Shown here: positions 36,310-48,489 of the stretch, in pieces | Layout: the number at the start of each line of letters is the position of its first letter | Numbering within the stretch: position 1 is the stretch's first letter | Source of the DNA: Vicugna vicugna | Lineage: Eukaryota | Direction: 5' to 3' | Assembly (NCBI GenBank): GCA_013265495.1 | Contig: MU061538.1 | Span: forward strand, 372,001-434,000 | DNA: 62,000 bases | Position numbers and translations under genes: made by a program | Notes under the pieces: model-generated | Seen by the model: the letters and a program-made list of their open reading frames with translations, nothing else | Databases searched by the model: none | What the model was told of the DNA's origin: nothing

Positions 36310-36798
36310 AAATGAGCTGTATTCAGTATGTAATGTACAACCAATTATCCTACACTTGCCAGCATAAAACAGCAAGCATTATTATTTCACAGAGTTTCAG
36401 AAATCTGGGAGCTGCCAAGTCAAATGGTTTTTAGGAGACAGTTGTTGAACTGCAGGCCTGGCGGGAGATCTCATCTGAAGGTTTGACTGGGGCTGAAGTG
36501 TCTGCTAACAAAATGGCACCCTCACACGTCTGTTGGCCAGAGGCCTTGGTTCCTCGCCACAAGGACCGTCCACAGGGATGTCCACACATGGCAACTGGCT
36601 GCCCCAGGAGCAAGTGGTCTGAGAGAAGGACAACCAGCAGGAAGCCACAGCACCATGATGACCGGGTCCCTCCCATTCCACTCCAGTCACTGGACGTGAC
36701 TTTCTAAGTCCAGGTCACAGCCCAGAGGAGGGGAATTTGGCTCCACCTCTTGAAGGGAACAGTATCAAGCAACTTGTGGACCTCGTTAAAACACCACA
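36310..36798 (-). mobile_element. Old MaLR LTR (MLT1F-K group), antisense
   Basis: TAAAACAGCAAGCATTATTATTTCACAG...TCATCTGAAGGTTTGACTGGGGCTGAAG...GTTCCTCGCCACA...ACATGGCAACTGGCTGCCCCAGGAGCAAG...GCTCCACCTCTTGAAGGGA...TAAAACACCACA. Confidence 0.8.
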
Positions 36799-36849
36799 CA
36801 TACCCATAATAAAAAGAGGAACTAAAAATGTGGTATTCCTCTTCAGGCA

Positions 36850-37050
36850 GGCTGCCTGGGTCAAGATGCTGGCTTTTCTCCATATTCACCAAGTAATAGA
36901 CAAGTTACCTCAGTTTCTCCACCTATAAAATGTGGGTTATAATAGTACCACTTTCATAGAATTCTAATGAATTAAATATGATGTAAGAACTTAGAATGAT
37001 TCCTAGTACATAGTGCACACTCAACAAAGCAGTGTTGTTACAAATATTAT
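36850..37050 (+). mobile_element. MIR SINE core and 3' part
   Basis: GACAAGTTACCTCAGTTTCTCCACCTATAAAATGTGGGTTATAATAGTACC...TCATAG...GAATTAAAT...ATGTAAGAACTTAGAATGATTCCTAGTACATAGT. Confidence 0.8.
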
Positions 37051-37578
37051 CATCATTATCACTATCACCATTACCACCACCACCATTGTCATCACGATCA
37101 CTTGTGTGGTGTCAACATCTTCACCATTGTCACCAACTCCATCACCATCACTGCCATCACCACCACTACGACCATCACCACCATCAGCACCATCACCACC
37201 ACCACCACCACAACCACTATCAGCACCAACATCACCACCACCAACTCCACCACCATCACCATCACCATCTCCACCACCACCATCACCACCAACTCCATCA
37301 CCATCACCACCACCAACTCCATCAACACCATCACCACCACAACCATCATCAGCACCATCACCACCACCAACTCCAGCATCACCATCACCACCACCACCAC
37401 CACAACCACCACCAGCACCATCACCACCACCACCACCACCACCAACTCCACCACCATCTCCACCACCACCATCACCACCAACTCCACCATCACCATCACC
37501 ACCACTGCCGTCAACCACCACCGCCATCACCACTACCACCATTACCACCACCTCCACCACCACCACCATCATCACTAT
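37048..37578. repeat. Complex (CAC/CAT)n trinucleotide-type simple repeat
   Basis: About 530 bp of ACC/ATC triplets with a recurrent ACCAACTCC variant. It produces the spurious poly-His, poly-Thr and Pro-rich ORFs. Confidence 0.95.
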
Positions 37579-37819
37579 GTCTGTTGTTACTGCTGCTTCA
37601 GCCACAGCTATGGAAAGAGTGTTTTCTCAGGTGTTTAAAGTTCCAAAGAGTAGTAGCTTTTCCAGAGAAAACCACGGAGGTAAGGACAGTATGTTTAAGC
37701 TCTGCCTCACAGTTAACACGTTCTTCTATTGGGAATTTCTTTTCCTGCTAACCTGAGCAATGTCCCTTCGTCTCCTCTGAGCATTTCAAACATTTAAGGT
37801 TTGTTCTTTTTCTTTTTTA

Positions 37820-38050
37820 CCCATTCAACATTCATTAACTACCTACTGCACACTGGGTGCTGTAGTAGATTCTAAGTGTGCAAAGGAAAAGAAATGGTCC
37901 CTCCGCCCAGGCACTCACAGGGCCAATGTGACGAACACACAAGTCCGGCAGCGCGAGTGCCCTGTGGGGGCCAGGAGGGGGTGACCCTAAGCAAACGTGG
38001 TCCATTTTCCGGAGGTCACAGAGCTCTAGCTGAGTGAACTTGAGCTAGCC
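37820..38050 (-). mobile_element. L2 3' end, antisense
   Basis: CCATTCAACATTCATTAACTACCTACTGCACACTGGGTGCTGTAGTAG...ATGGTCCCTCCGCCCAGGCACTCACAG. Confidence 0.6.
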
Positions 38051-41000
38051 ACTGTACTTCCCTGCCCTCCAGACCCCTTTGTGTGTAACAGAGCTGAAGT
38101 ATCTAGCCTCACGGGTTAGCCGTAATGATCAGGGTGTGTCCACAGCGCAGAGCTGGCCCCCCGAGGCTCCGTTCACCGTGGCCGAGTGCACATGTCTGCA
38201 CAGTGGTCGTTCAGCAGAGCAAGCGCTGGCTTCAGCAGGGTGAAACGCTGCTCCAGCCTCTGAGAAATGGCAGGAAAGGGCAGAGAGGCGTATTTGGAGA
38301 AGGAGCCGAAACACGTGGTTCCTGAGGGAATCTGGGAGGCTGAAGGAGTTCCTCCTGTCTTATAAGGCATCACTCCTTGCAAAGGCGTCAGACAGCCAGC
38401 TCTCAGCTTTGAGAAAAGTTTAGCTCTGGTTTCTGTATTCCTGGGTTTGTGGCTTTGAGGGGTTTGTTGAAGATGCTCAAATTAATCCCTCTCCATTATT
38501 TTCACCAACATTACAGCTGTGGGCACGAAGGAATGGCTGCCTTGCCAGGGGCTGAGACACTGGGGCTCACAGCCTTCTGCGGAGCGAAGGACTCGAGCAC
38601 CCGCCAGCAGTTTCCCCGATAGTCTGTGGTTTCTCTTTGCTCAGGAAGGATGTGGAGTCAGAGTATTTTCATATGTTATCTAGGAAGAGAGGTTTGGCTC
38701 TTGAATAGGAAGGTCAAGACAACTGATAAATCTAGCAAGTGACTACGCAGCACACACCCGGTGCTGACGACTCAGGGGGCCCGTCCAGCCTGAGCTGCGT
38801 GAGCGGCCAGGAAGGGGGGGAGGAAAGCCTTCACCCCGAAGACGGGACGGAGGCTGGAGACCAGGACCGCCCGCAGCCTCCCAGGAAGCCGAGCCACCTG
38901 CAGGCATCCATCAGCCTCTTTTGTCCTAAATGGTGGTAGCTGTTAAAATCCACTTGGCCCTTCACTCAACTGTTTTTAAAAATGTTGCTTCGAATTTAAA
39001 CTGTGGGTGTCCCTGTGGGTAACCAGGGCATGCGCACCTGCCCCGCTGGCCGCCTCCTCGTCAGAACAGCGTCCGTGCTCGCCGGGGGTCACTGTCTCCG
39101 CTCCCCCCACAGCTGCCCCCAGGATCTCTGGAGCATAGTCAGGTTGTGTGCTGTCCCTGCTGAAGGCTCTTCGGGGGTTTCTCGTACTCTTGAGGACCCC
39201 ACCCCGGGATGACTCCACCCTGTCCCCACTGCCCTGCTCGTCCCCACCCAGGGCCCTGAGCCTCTACCCCTCCCACGTCAGCCAGACATCCCCGGTGGGC
39301 ATCCCGGCTTCCAGATCTCCGCAGCCCTGCCCCCGCCCCCCGCTCAGCAGCCCCCTCCTCCTCCATTCAGAGCCCGGTCACGATCCGAGATGATCCTGTT
39401 GAGTTGTATCTGCTTGCTGAGGGTCCGAGCAGCCCTGGGTGGGGAGCTCCGTGCCGCCTGCCCACAGGGTCCGCCCCAGGACCCCGTGCCCAGAAGGGCA
39501 CCTGCTGTCACGGACGGCGCTTAATCAGCGCGCCTTCGATAATTAGTGCGCTGGTTAATTAGGTGCGAGGACTGCTACCGCTGGCTCCTGTCCTGGAATC
39601 TATTTCGTTTTCCATACCTACTAATAGTTCCTGATTGAAACTTACTGTTAGTAATTACACATGCCTTTGAAATTGGGTGAAACCCAATAACCCGTAACAA
39701 GCCATGACGCTCAGTGCCCTGGGTTAATGACCTCTGATTTGATTCAACTCACTCTCCTTGCCTTGATTCTGGCTTTGGTGATTCTGGGGCTTAGGTGAAG
39801 GCGTTTATATTCTCTATTGACTGTAAAACGCTCCTCACCCCAACGCAGTTTAATATAAACAAGGTGAAATGAGTTTAGATATATTTAAAAACAGAATAGT
39901 CAGTCTCATTAATTACATCCTAAAAGCATTTTATCCTAATTACCTGATGCCAGAATATTTAGCTCAATTCAGCACACATTTGTCAAGTGTTGCAGTCGTA
40001 TTCGGGGCGTCGCCCAGACGCTCTGAAAGACACAGAGGGGAGGATACTGGTTGGTGACCTCAGGTCCTCGGGGTTCAGTAGGGATGTGACTGTCTGTACA
40101 CAGTGGACTGAAGAGAAGGCAGGGTTTGCAGCATTGCTTGGAGGGTCCACCAAGTGCTGGAACCAAACCCCGCCGGACTCTCAGGGAGACCAGGGAGGAG
40201 AAGGTGGCCCCTGGGGTGGCCGCGCACTGGACTTTGACAGGTGAGGCTGAGGGTGGCGACTCGGGACCCGGGGAGTGAATGGAACAGGAGACTTGAGACG
40301 GGACCACACGTTCAGGGCTCGGAAACCACCCGTTGGGGTTCCGGGATGTCGCAGGAAGGCCAGGAGGGGAGGGGCTGTCATTTGTCCAACGTTGGTGCCA
40401 GGCCGTGGGTTCCTGAGTGAACAGGGCAGCCAGTGAGCTCCTTAGTCAGGAGGGGTTGAGGTCAGAGCGGGGTTAGGGAGATCGCGCACCTGCCAGGCGG
40501 TGAGCTGGCGAGGGACTGAGATGGTCGTGCTCCGTCGGAAGCGGCATGCGTGCCATGGGCTTTGTCCCGTACAGCCTGGAGTGGTCAGGCGCTGCACGCT
40601 CCCCGGGGACAGGAAGGATGGTGAAGGCACCAGGCTGCGTCATCCCCTGCTGAGCCCAGGCCGGGTCCTCGGCCAGTGCCGCCTCCCCTCTGAGCCAGCA
40701 TGTCCCCCACCCGCCAGAGCCTTTCTCTGCCCTGCCAAGCTCGCTGGCCTGTCTGATGTGCGTCTGCTCTGCTCTGGCTCTGGTGGCCCTCCTTTACACT
40801 CGGTCCTCCCAGCCCCCGCCCAGTGCCCCCATCCTGTGGCCTCTTGGGGCCGAGGTCCCATCCAAATGAGCCAGGTCTCTGGTGGCTGAAACCGAATGTC
40901 GAAACCAAGGCTGGGGGTGCATCCCCTCCGCATCGCAGTGTCTGAGTGACGTGCTGACCGGGCACCTCGAGCCCTCCCTGCCCACAGAGGGCTTCGCCCA

Positions 41001-41708
41001 GACCTTCGCCCAGTCTTCATCTTCTCAAAACAGAGCCCTAGCGTCTTGCAGTGGGTGGGCTGTGCAGTCCCGGGACTCACGCCTCAGAGTTGCAGGCGGG
41101 TCAGAGCCCTGTCTCAGCGCTGGACTTGTCCCTGCGGCCAGCAGCACATCCGCCTGAAGACCCGGGGGCAGCGAGCCTTCCCGACTGGACCGCGGCCCCG
41201 GGCTCCGCGTCCGCCCACCGTCAGAGCGATCGAGTCAGAGGTGTGTCCTTGGGGATTTATTCTGCAGAAAAGCCCGCGGAGGCTCTCGGTGCAGCTGATG
41301 GGCGGCCCCTGCAATGAGTTTCCAGAAAGAGTCCAACACCAGAAGGATGTTTCCCATCTGCGTCGTCTTTTTAAAGTAAACTGTTTTTATCTTCATTGTT
41401 TTTCTTTTTTTGTTATTTTACATTGACATTAAAAATTAATATAGATTTAAAGACATTTTGCATCAGTGCTTTTATCATCTTACAGACGTGCTCCTTGCCC
41501 ATTACCTGGAAACCAGGCGTCTGGAGTTCGAGGAAGCCACTGCAACTTGAGTGAGGTGCGCGGGGAGCCCCGCCCCCGTCACCTACCGCTGGAGGTGGCT
41601 GTTTGCTACAGAAAAAGCCATGCCTCACAGCTGTTAACCTCTCACCGGACCCCTGGCCCGTGCGAGTCTCCTCTGTAAAACCTCCGATTATTTTGTAAAT
41701 TACCTGTG

Positions 41709-42282
41709 CAGTCGGCCCCCTCGTGTCCTCAGAGCACTCTTTCCAGGCCCCCGCTGGACGCCTGAAGCGAGGGTGACACCGAATCCACAAACACTCTGTT
41801 TTTTCCGTGTACACCCCTGGATCAAGCCTAATTTGTAAGTCAGGCACAGCGAGGATTAACAACAGTAATAGCAGATTAGGGCAGTTATGACGGCCGACTG
41901 CGAAGAAAGTTACGTGGCTGGTCTCTGCTGAGCTGCCCCGCCCTCCTGGCGACGAGCGCCGCGAGCAGGTGTGCTGTGACCCGGCCGTGGGCTACCGCCG
42001 GCCTCCTGACCGCGGTCAGAAGAAGGCTCTTCTGCTTCGGGGACCTGGGCCGTCAGCCGCGAGGAAGGGGCGGGCGAACGCTGGGAGCGAGCCGTGTCCG
42101 TGGGGGTGGTGCAGGCGGGACGGGGCTGGAGGGCCAGAGTCCATCAGACGCTCAGCACCTGCGCAGCTTAAAACTTACGAGTTGTTTGCCTCTGGAATTT
42201 TCCCTGTAGTAGTTTTGGACCACAGTTGACCTCGGTAACTGAAACTTTGGGGAGTGAAACCGTGGATACGGGGGGGACACGT
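41709..42282. mobile_element. MER44 (Tigger7-derived) TcMar DNA transposon, near complete
   Basis: Degenerate TIRs CAGTCGGCCCCCTCGTGTCC ... GGATACGGGGGGGACACGT followed by TA. Internal motifs: TAATTTGTAAGTCAGGCACAGCGAGGATTAACAACA and TTAAAACTTACGAGTTGTTTGCCTCTGGAATTTTCC...GGACCACAGTTGACC...GTAACTGAAAC. Confidence 0.85.
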
Positions 42283-43889
42283 TACATAAATACGAGTATT
42301 AACGTAAGTGTAAACACTGGAAGCCAGTTCCTCCAGGTGGGACAACGACTTAAGAGGTCTGGAGACGGGGAAGATTAAAGTGCGTCCCGGGTCCCTCCCC
42401 CCTTCCACCGCCCCTCCCCACAAGTGCGATGTGCTGTTTGATGTTGGTGGGCTTTCTCTGATTCTCTGTGTTCGGCCTCTAGAACGTGTGTATCCATCCC
42501 GTGGGCCCCTTAGCCGATGAGGCCGGGCAGGACGCCCCGTTTGAAGCCTGCTGCGCACCCCTGGGTCCTGAGGCAGGGGTGGGGCAGGCGTGGTCCCCGG
42601 CTCCGGAGGCCTGGGTGCGGCCCGCAGGGCCTCTGTTCTCCTGCTGTGATGTTCCGGCAGTTTTCCCCAAAGCGACCACAGCAACCTCTGTGTCAGGACA
42701 GTGTCAGCGTTCTCCTGTCCTGCGTGTTTCTCAGTCAGCAGTTGAATGCCTCGCCCGTGTGCCCCGGTTCAGCCTTTAAGATCTGAGGCGCTGTTTGCTG
42801 CTTTCCAGGTGCGTCTGCGAGTGTCTGTCATCCCTGGAAAGATGCGCATTTGAACACACAGAGCAAAAACCGGGTGATTGACGTGACCTCTGGCTCGGTT
42901 CTGCCGAGGCTGCGGCACGCCGTCTGCTGGGGAACCTCTTCTAACGATGCTGCCGCACTTGCCGGCCGTGCGGGCTTGTGATCGCTCCTCTTCCCACCTC
43001 GATCTCCAAGTGCCAATCATCGGGGAGAAAATTGCGCTGCTGAATGAGGTGGCCTGCAATTTATCCTCTGGAAATTGAACACTTACCTTAAGTGGTAAAA
43101 AAGGTGTTTTCTGCACCTTGGTATAAGTTTGCATATAAATCTCTGCCTTCCTGCACCTCGTTCATGCACGCTGAGCGTGTGTCTTTGTGAGTTAGCCTCC
43201 TTCATTCAGTGGAGTGTTTAACACACATTTCTGAACTGCTTCCGTGCGTGTGCAGCTGACACGTTCAAGCACAGGCAGAGGTGTTCCCGGTGCCCTGCCT
43301 CCCGGGGCCCCCTTCCCTCCCGTCCCAGCAGCAGCCTCGGTGGCCACGGCCGTGAAGGCTGGGCCACTCCACGAGGCTTCACTCCCAGATGCCAACAGGG
43401 CGTTTCTTTCCTCCCCGTGTTGCTGCTTTTTCGGCTCAGGATTTGGATCTTAGTCAAAGTGTGCGAGACGCGTGCTCAGTCGTGAGGCACGGTGACACCT
43501 TCACGTGATGTCCCAGTCAATTAAGGCAGGATTGCAGGGGAATGTTGCTGGAGGCCACGAGTTTCCGTTCACTCCAAACGAGTTTGCTGTGATTAACGTT
43601 GCCATGGAGATACCAGAGGAACTAACAATGGTCAGGCCGTTGCTTCCAAGTGGTGCTGAGCACTCAGAGACCGTCGCTCATCCCAACGAGAGCTTCCAGA
43701 GCCCACCGCCGTGCGCGCCTGTGTTCCGAGCGTGCGCGCTGGGCTCGGGCGTCAGTGCAGCGCGCCCTCGGACCGGGCCACTGGAGCTTGCTTCCAGATT
43801 CGTTTCTCTTCCAGGAGGATTCAAATGTGGGAGCATGACGGGTTAGAAAATAGACTTAATTTTTCTGAGATGTTAATGCTCCAAAACTT

Positions 43890-44180
43890 CGTTTGTTCAC
43901 ATCAAAAAATATTGAGTACAAACACGAATGTTTGTTGTGCCCGAGGCGCTGTGTTCAGTGTTTGGGGCGAGGCAGAGTCGGACGTGACATGGTTCCTTTC
44001 CTCGGAGACTCGGGGGAGGGAGCACCACGTAAACAGGGTTCGTGACAGCCACGTGCCGTGAGGCTGAGATGGAGACGCCGAGCATCACGCTCTCAGGGCT
44101 GTCCTGCAGGAGGGGGTCTGTGGGCTGCACCCCCTCTGAACTGGGGTGGAGACACGGGAGTGAGCACCAAAGAGGGCCTG
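43890..44180 (-). mobile_element. L2 3' region, antisense
   Basis: TTCGTTTGTTCACATCAAAAAATATTGAGTAC...GGCGCTGTGTTCAGTGTTTGGGG...GACATGGTTCCTTTCCTCGGAGACTC. Confidence 0.5.
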
Positions 44181-45042
44181 CACACCCTGCGGCTGCCGCC
44201 CGCCCAAGCCCTGCGGGCTGGGGCGGACGGCTGGGCCGGGGGGCCGGCGCCCCTGACAGGACCCAGCCGCGCTGCTGTCCTGCTGCCGACCTGGCTGCGA
44301 GCAGCTTCCCGAGCCCAGTGGGTGGGGCGGGGGAGTCGGCGCCCGGTCACTGGCAGCCGCCCAGAGTGGGGCCTGGCACAGCTCTGCCTTCCTGCCCGAT
44401 GGGAGCGTCCTCTGGCACCGGGTCGCCAGGGTGAAGGCATCCGTGACGCACTCGCTGTCCGAGCCCCTGTGGGGTTTGGTTCTCTGTCTTATGACATCAG
44501 GTCCTTGGGTGGGAGTTGAGGTGGTGACTCCCTGCCCGTCGCGACCTTCAGCTTCTGACGCACAGGCCATGGGTCTGGGCAGAGGGCCTGGAGCAGAGGG
44601 TCTGCGCGGCTCCCAGCTCTGCCTGAGTCGCCCACGCTCTGCTCTTTCCAGGTGCTCGCTGAGCTCCTGGAGACATCGTGGGTGGAGGTGGCTGGTGTGT
44701 TTAAACTGCCCCTGAATGATGGCTTCCACCGCTTTGCCCCCAAAGTCGCCGAAGAGCTAGCATGTGGGGCCTTGGCTGTGCAGAATACTGATGTGGTCCC
44801 ATGTCTCCTGTGCTCCCCGGGTCCAGCTCTGTCCGGCCTGCCCTTGCAGTGGCCCCCGTGGCCGTCCCTGAGAACGCCCTCCTGTTCACGCCCCTGCAGC
44901 CGTTCTCCAGTCCTCGGCAGCTCCTTTGTGTCCTTCCTGGCCCTCTTCTTTCCAGCCCTGCAGGGACCCTCCGCCCACAGCCCCAGGGTCCTCTCCCTGC
45001 TCCCCAGGGGCCCAGGGTCTCTCCCGGCCTCTATCGCGCCTG

Positions 45043-45085
45043 CAGTCCCCTCTCTGCCTACAGCCCCCTCTCTGCCTACAGCCCC
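45043..45085. repeat. 18-bp tandem duplication (2.4 copies), possibly inside a degenerate L2
   Basis: CAG(T/C)CCCCTCTCTGCCTA x2 followed by CAGCCCC. Confidence 0.85.
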
Positions 45086-46739
45086 GGCCACTCAAGAGCA
45101 TCTCTTCTGGGGACCTCCCTGCCACCTGAATCTGCCTGGAACCAGACTCACCAGGGTGCCTGCTCCCGGGGACGCATTTCCCTCGGGCCGGAGCCCCAGG
45201 GCCCCCCTCCCGTCCACGCCCAGGATTCAGACCAGAGTCTCAAACCTCCTTCAAGCCCCCCTCCTCTCTGTTCGTGGTTCCTCGTTTCCATGGTTACCAC
45301 CTGGTCCCTGGAGGTCCTCTCAGGCCATGTGATGAAAGGCAGACGCCCCGGCCCAGCGCTGGCCTGTCAGCCCCCCGCCCCCCGCAGACCTTCCCGCTGT
45401 GATTTCACTTCAGCGTGCACAGGCCCAGGGCTGGAGGAGGGCTGAAGGGGACGTGGGGCTGCAGCCCTCGTGCCTCTTTTGGGGGGAGTTCGGCCGGGAT
45501 TAAGAGATGAAACAAGAGCAGGTTTGAAAGGGCAATTACCCTGTGACTCGTGGGATGGGAGGCCCCTTGCTTGTTCTGTGTGGCTCCCTGGGGCTCAGGA
45601 AGGAGGCCGTCCCCCCGGGCAGCCCCGCAGAGCCGGCAGGGGGAGCCGCCTGCTGCCCGCTTGGCCCCCCAGGACGTGGACGTGGTCCGCACACACCCAC
45701 ACGACCAGTAGACTGGGCTCTCTCCCCTCACTGCATGTTCCTCTCCTACTTTCTTCACTGCATGCGTGGAAGTACAGTAAGTAAGATGACGTCAGGAATT
45801 CCCTTAAAAAACACACGGAACAACTTCCAAGCTAAATCCCAGGGTCCAGAACCTCCGTCTGTGCTGACGGACGCGCAGAGCCGGGCCCACCCTCACCCGC
45901 CAGGAAGGAGGAGGAATGGAGGCCGTGAGACTCCAGCTGCCTCCCCGAGGCCTGGAGTCCTCCCTGGCCCCGGTCAGCCCTGGCCCCACCTCGCAGCCTC
46001 CTGGACGAGCCCCACGTCCAGGCGCTGGGTTAGCACCTCCGGAAACGGGAATGAGCTGCCCCACCCCGACCTCATGTGCAGCTCTGCACCCCAGGTGCCC
46101 TGGAAGCCAGACGCTGCCTCGCGGCCCACCTTGCGGGGAGCCCTGGGTGGCCATGAGCCCCACACTGACGGCGGGCACAGCGTCACCGCTCTCCTGATAC
46201 CCTCGGGGAAGATGAGTGCCCGCGTCTGGGCCGCCCACTGGGTGTGTTTGGTGTCTGGGCACAATCGGGCCTCTCGGGGGGGTTCTGTGTCCCAGACGGT
46301 GTCTCAGGGTTTTGCGTCAGGGCTGGGCCTGTAATGCCTGCTTCTCGTGGGAAATTTGAATCAAATGGTGTAAGGCGGGCAGAGGCACGTTGTGAACGGC
46401 AGCGCGTCACGCGGCTGTTTCACACACGGCCTTCGACAGCCCCTTGCAGACGGCGCGGTGGACCGGGTGGGGCGTCCCCGCCGGGCAGGTTACTGCAGCG
46501 GGTCCTGGGAGAGCAGGGGCCTGGCGTCTGAGTGCTTTAAAGGCCGATGTTCCGAACGATGCGGCGTTCAAATGGCTTGAGCTCCGGTTCCTCTGAAAGG
46601 GGTGAGCCGGTCAGGTCCCCTGGGACTGCTTCGCACCCCTGTGGTGCCCGGGTCCTGGCCTCCTCTCATGTCTCAGCCTGTGTGGCTCCGGACCCTGAGT
46701 GGCTTCGGTTGCTTCTGTTGGACCTTCAGAAACAGGAGT

Positions 46740-47000
46740 GTCTGGAACACGGTGCTTCCGTGGAGGAGGCTGAGCGTCCTTCGTTATTTGTGTTCATCTT
46801 TCCTGATGACTCGCCCCCAGGTGAGAGCACCGTCACTCACAGGAGGCCCGTCAGCCTCTGTTCTCCGTTTCCAGCCTCCTTCTCGTCTGCTTTTCCTGCC
46901 GTCGCTGTTTCTGGCAGCTCTGAGGGTGTAACCGACACAGGTGACGCCTTTGACCTGTCACTCTGGTCAGTTGGGAGCAGGTGGGCTCCTGCCCCGTCTC
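46740..47000 (-). mobile_element. Possible very old L1 fragment, antisense
   Basis: GAGGCTGAGCGTCCTTCGTTATTTGTGTTCATCTTT...TCGTCTGCTTTTCCTGCCG...GCAGCTCTGA resembles GC-shifted L1 GTTGAGCATCTTTTC...GTCTTTTTCTTATTGATTTGTAGGAGTTCTTT. Confidence 0.3.
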
Positions 47001-47404
47001 CCCCCGGTGACAGATTCCAGCCACTGCGCCGCCTTTTACAGATCTGACCGACAGAAGCAACTGACGCTTACGTCCCAACTCCGAGGGGGCACAGACATGG
47101 CACAGAGATTTCACCTGCGTGCCTCGTCCTGTTTGTGATCGTCCGTGTCGGGGGCCCCAAGGCTCGTCCCCGGGCATCATGGGAGGTGAGGGGGGCAGGG
47201 CCACCGGACGCAGTCACTGCCACTCGGGTTACAGTGTTTAGCCGTGTTGTGTCTCACACCTGGAAGAGCGACTCTCCCAAGTCCCGAGCACGCACTGCCA
47301 TGAGCGATAAACAGGAGGGTGTGGTGAGGCCTCCCGTCTCCCGTTGGAGGACCAGGGTCCTCCGTAGCAGCGCAACTGCTCTGTCCATGAACCCGCCCCC
47401 TTGC

Positions 47405-47742
47405 TCTGGGGGGAGAATCACGCCCCACGTGGTGTCCTCACCCGATGGCTGGAAGCTGTGAGGGTGTGGCCTGTCACGGCACACGGGACTCTGCAGCTGC
47501 GATGCAGGTAACTGGAGGATTGTGTGCAGAGCCCTGGTGTAAGCACGTGGACCAGCCAGAGGGAGCCGCGCTGCGGAGGGAGGGCCTGGAGCCCAGGGAC
47601 GCAGGGGACCTGGAGAAGATGGAAACATGGAAACAGCCTGGAGCCTCCGGAGGGAACAGTCTGCCGTACCTGCAGACCAGTGCGGCGGTGCTGTGCTAAG
47701 TTTGTGGTCTTCTGTTACCGCAGCCGGAGAGGCCGATACGCA
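47405..47742 (+). mobile_element. MaLR LTR (MLT1D-like), solo with internal deletions
   Basis: GAGAATCACGCCCC...GGAAGCTGTGA...CACGGCACACGGGACTCTGCAGCTGCGAT...GGAGCCCAGGGACGCAGG...GAGCCTCCGGAGGGAACAG...CTAAGTTTGTGGTCTTCTGTTACCGCAGC. Confidence 0.75.
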
Positions 47743-48489
47743 CTGAGACCAGGGCTGTTCAGAATCCAGTGCCTTCTGGAAATGGTGTTGATGACAGTGG
47801 TGGGGGCAGGCAGGGAGCAGGAGGTGGGTCAGGGGCCGGGCGCAGACCCCGCTCTCCGGGAAGGCGCGGGAGCCAGCCGCGCAGCGCCACGTGGGTCGTG
47901 GGTGGAACGCGCTTTCAGACACTGAGGGGCTCTCTTCTCCTCTGCGGGTTGCGGCAGCTGTGGGAGCTCTCGGGTTGGAATCGGGCCCTCCAGTAAGCGG
48001 TCCTCCCGTTGCCCACCTGCGAGTTAACCCAGCGTCCCTGTCTGCACGGCGGAAGGCCGCAAAGCTCAGGCCCAGCGAAGGCCGGTCCCGGGGTTCCGCC
48101 CGGTGCCCGCCTGCGGGAGGGACGCAGCAGCTCCGGAGGCACCGGGGGTCTGGGCTTCTCACCTCTTCCTTAGGACGAGTTTTGGGAAATGTGCTGTAGG
48201 TTTGGGTAATTAGCCGGCTCAGAATTCTTCAAAGTCGTGGAGTGAGACTTCACGTTTTTGAGCATCAGGAGGTTGAGCTGCACGTGAGGCAGAGCTCGGC
48301 AGCGGCTTCCGCGGGGGGAGACTGAAGGGATGGGGCTGGGGAATCTGAGAGCTGGGAACGTCTCTGGCCCCGATCACCCCTGACCCGGGACCACAGGGGC
48401 CAGAGGCTTGAAGAGCAGGGGTGGGGCAGCACGAGTGGTCCCCACGTTGTCAGGGGTTCGTAGGGGAGGCACGCCAGCTTTCCCTGGGG

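Noticed and set aside
37013..37756. Long poly-His, Pro-rich and Thr-rich ORFs (239-247 aa) and their reverse-strand equivalents
   Set aside because: They are translations of a (CAC/CAT)n simple repeat, open in nearly every frame, with no evidence of a gene.
46730..46820. 91-nt + strand exon-like segment (KQECLEHG...DDSPP) ending CAG|GTGAGA
   Set aside because: It appears to lie in a degenerate antisense L1, where pyrimidine tracts and pseudo-exons are common, and the peptide is not recognised.
47254..48162. Longest ORF (302 aa), and similar ones at 59664-60473 and 60871-61725
   Set aside because: Their Pro/Arg/Ala/Gly-biased composition is typical of GC-rich chance ORFs. The first runs through an MLT1 LTR, and no domain is recognisable.
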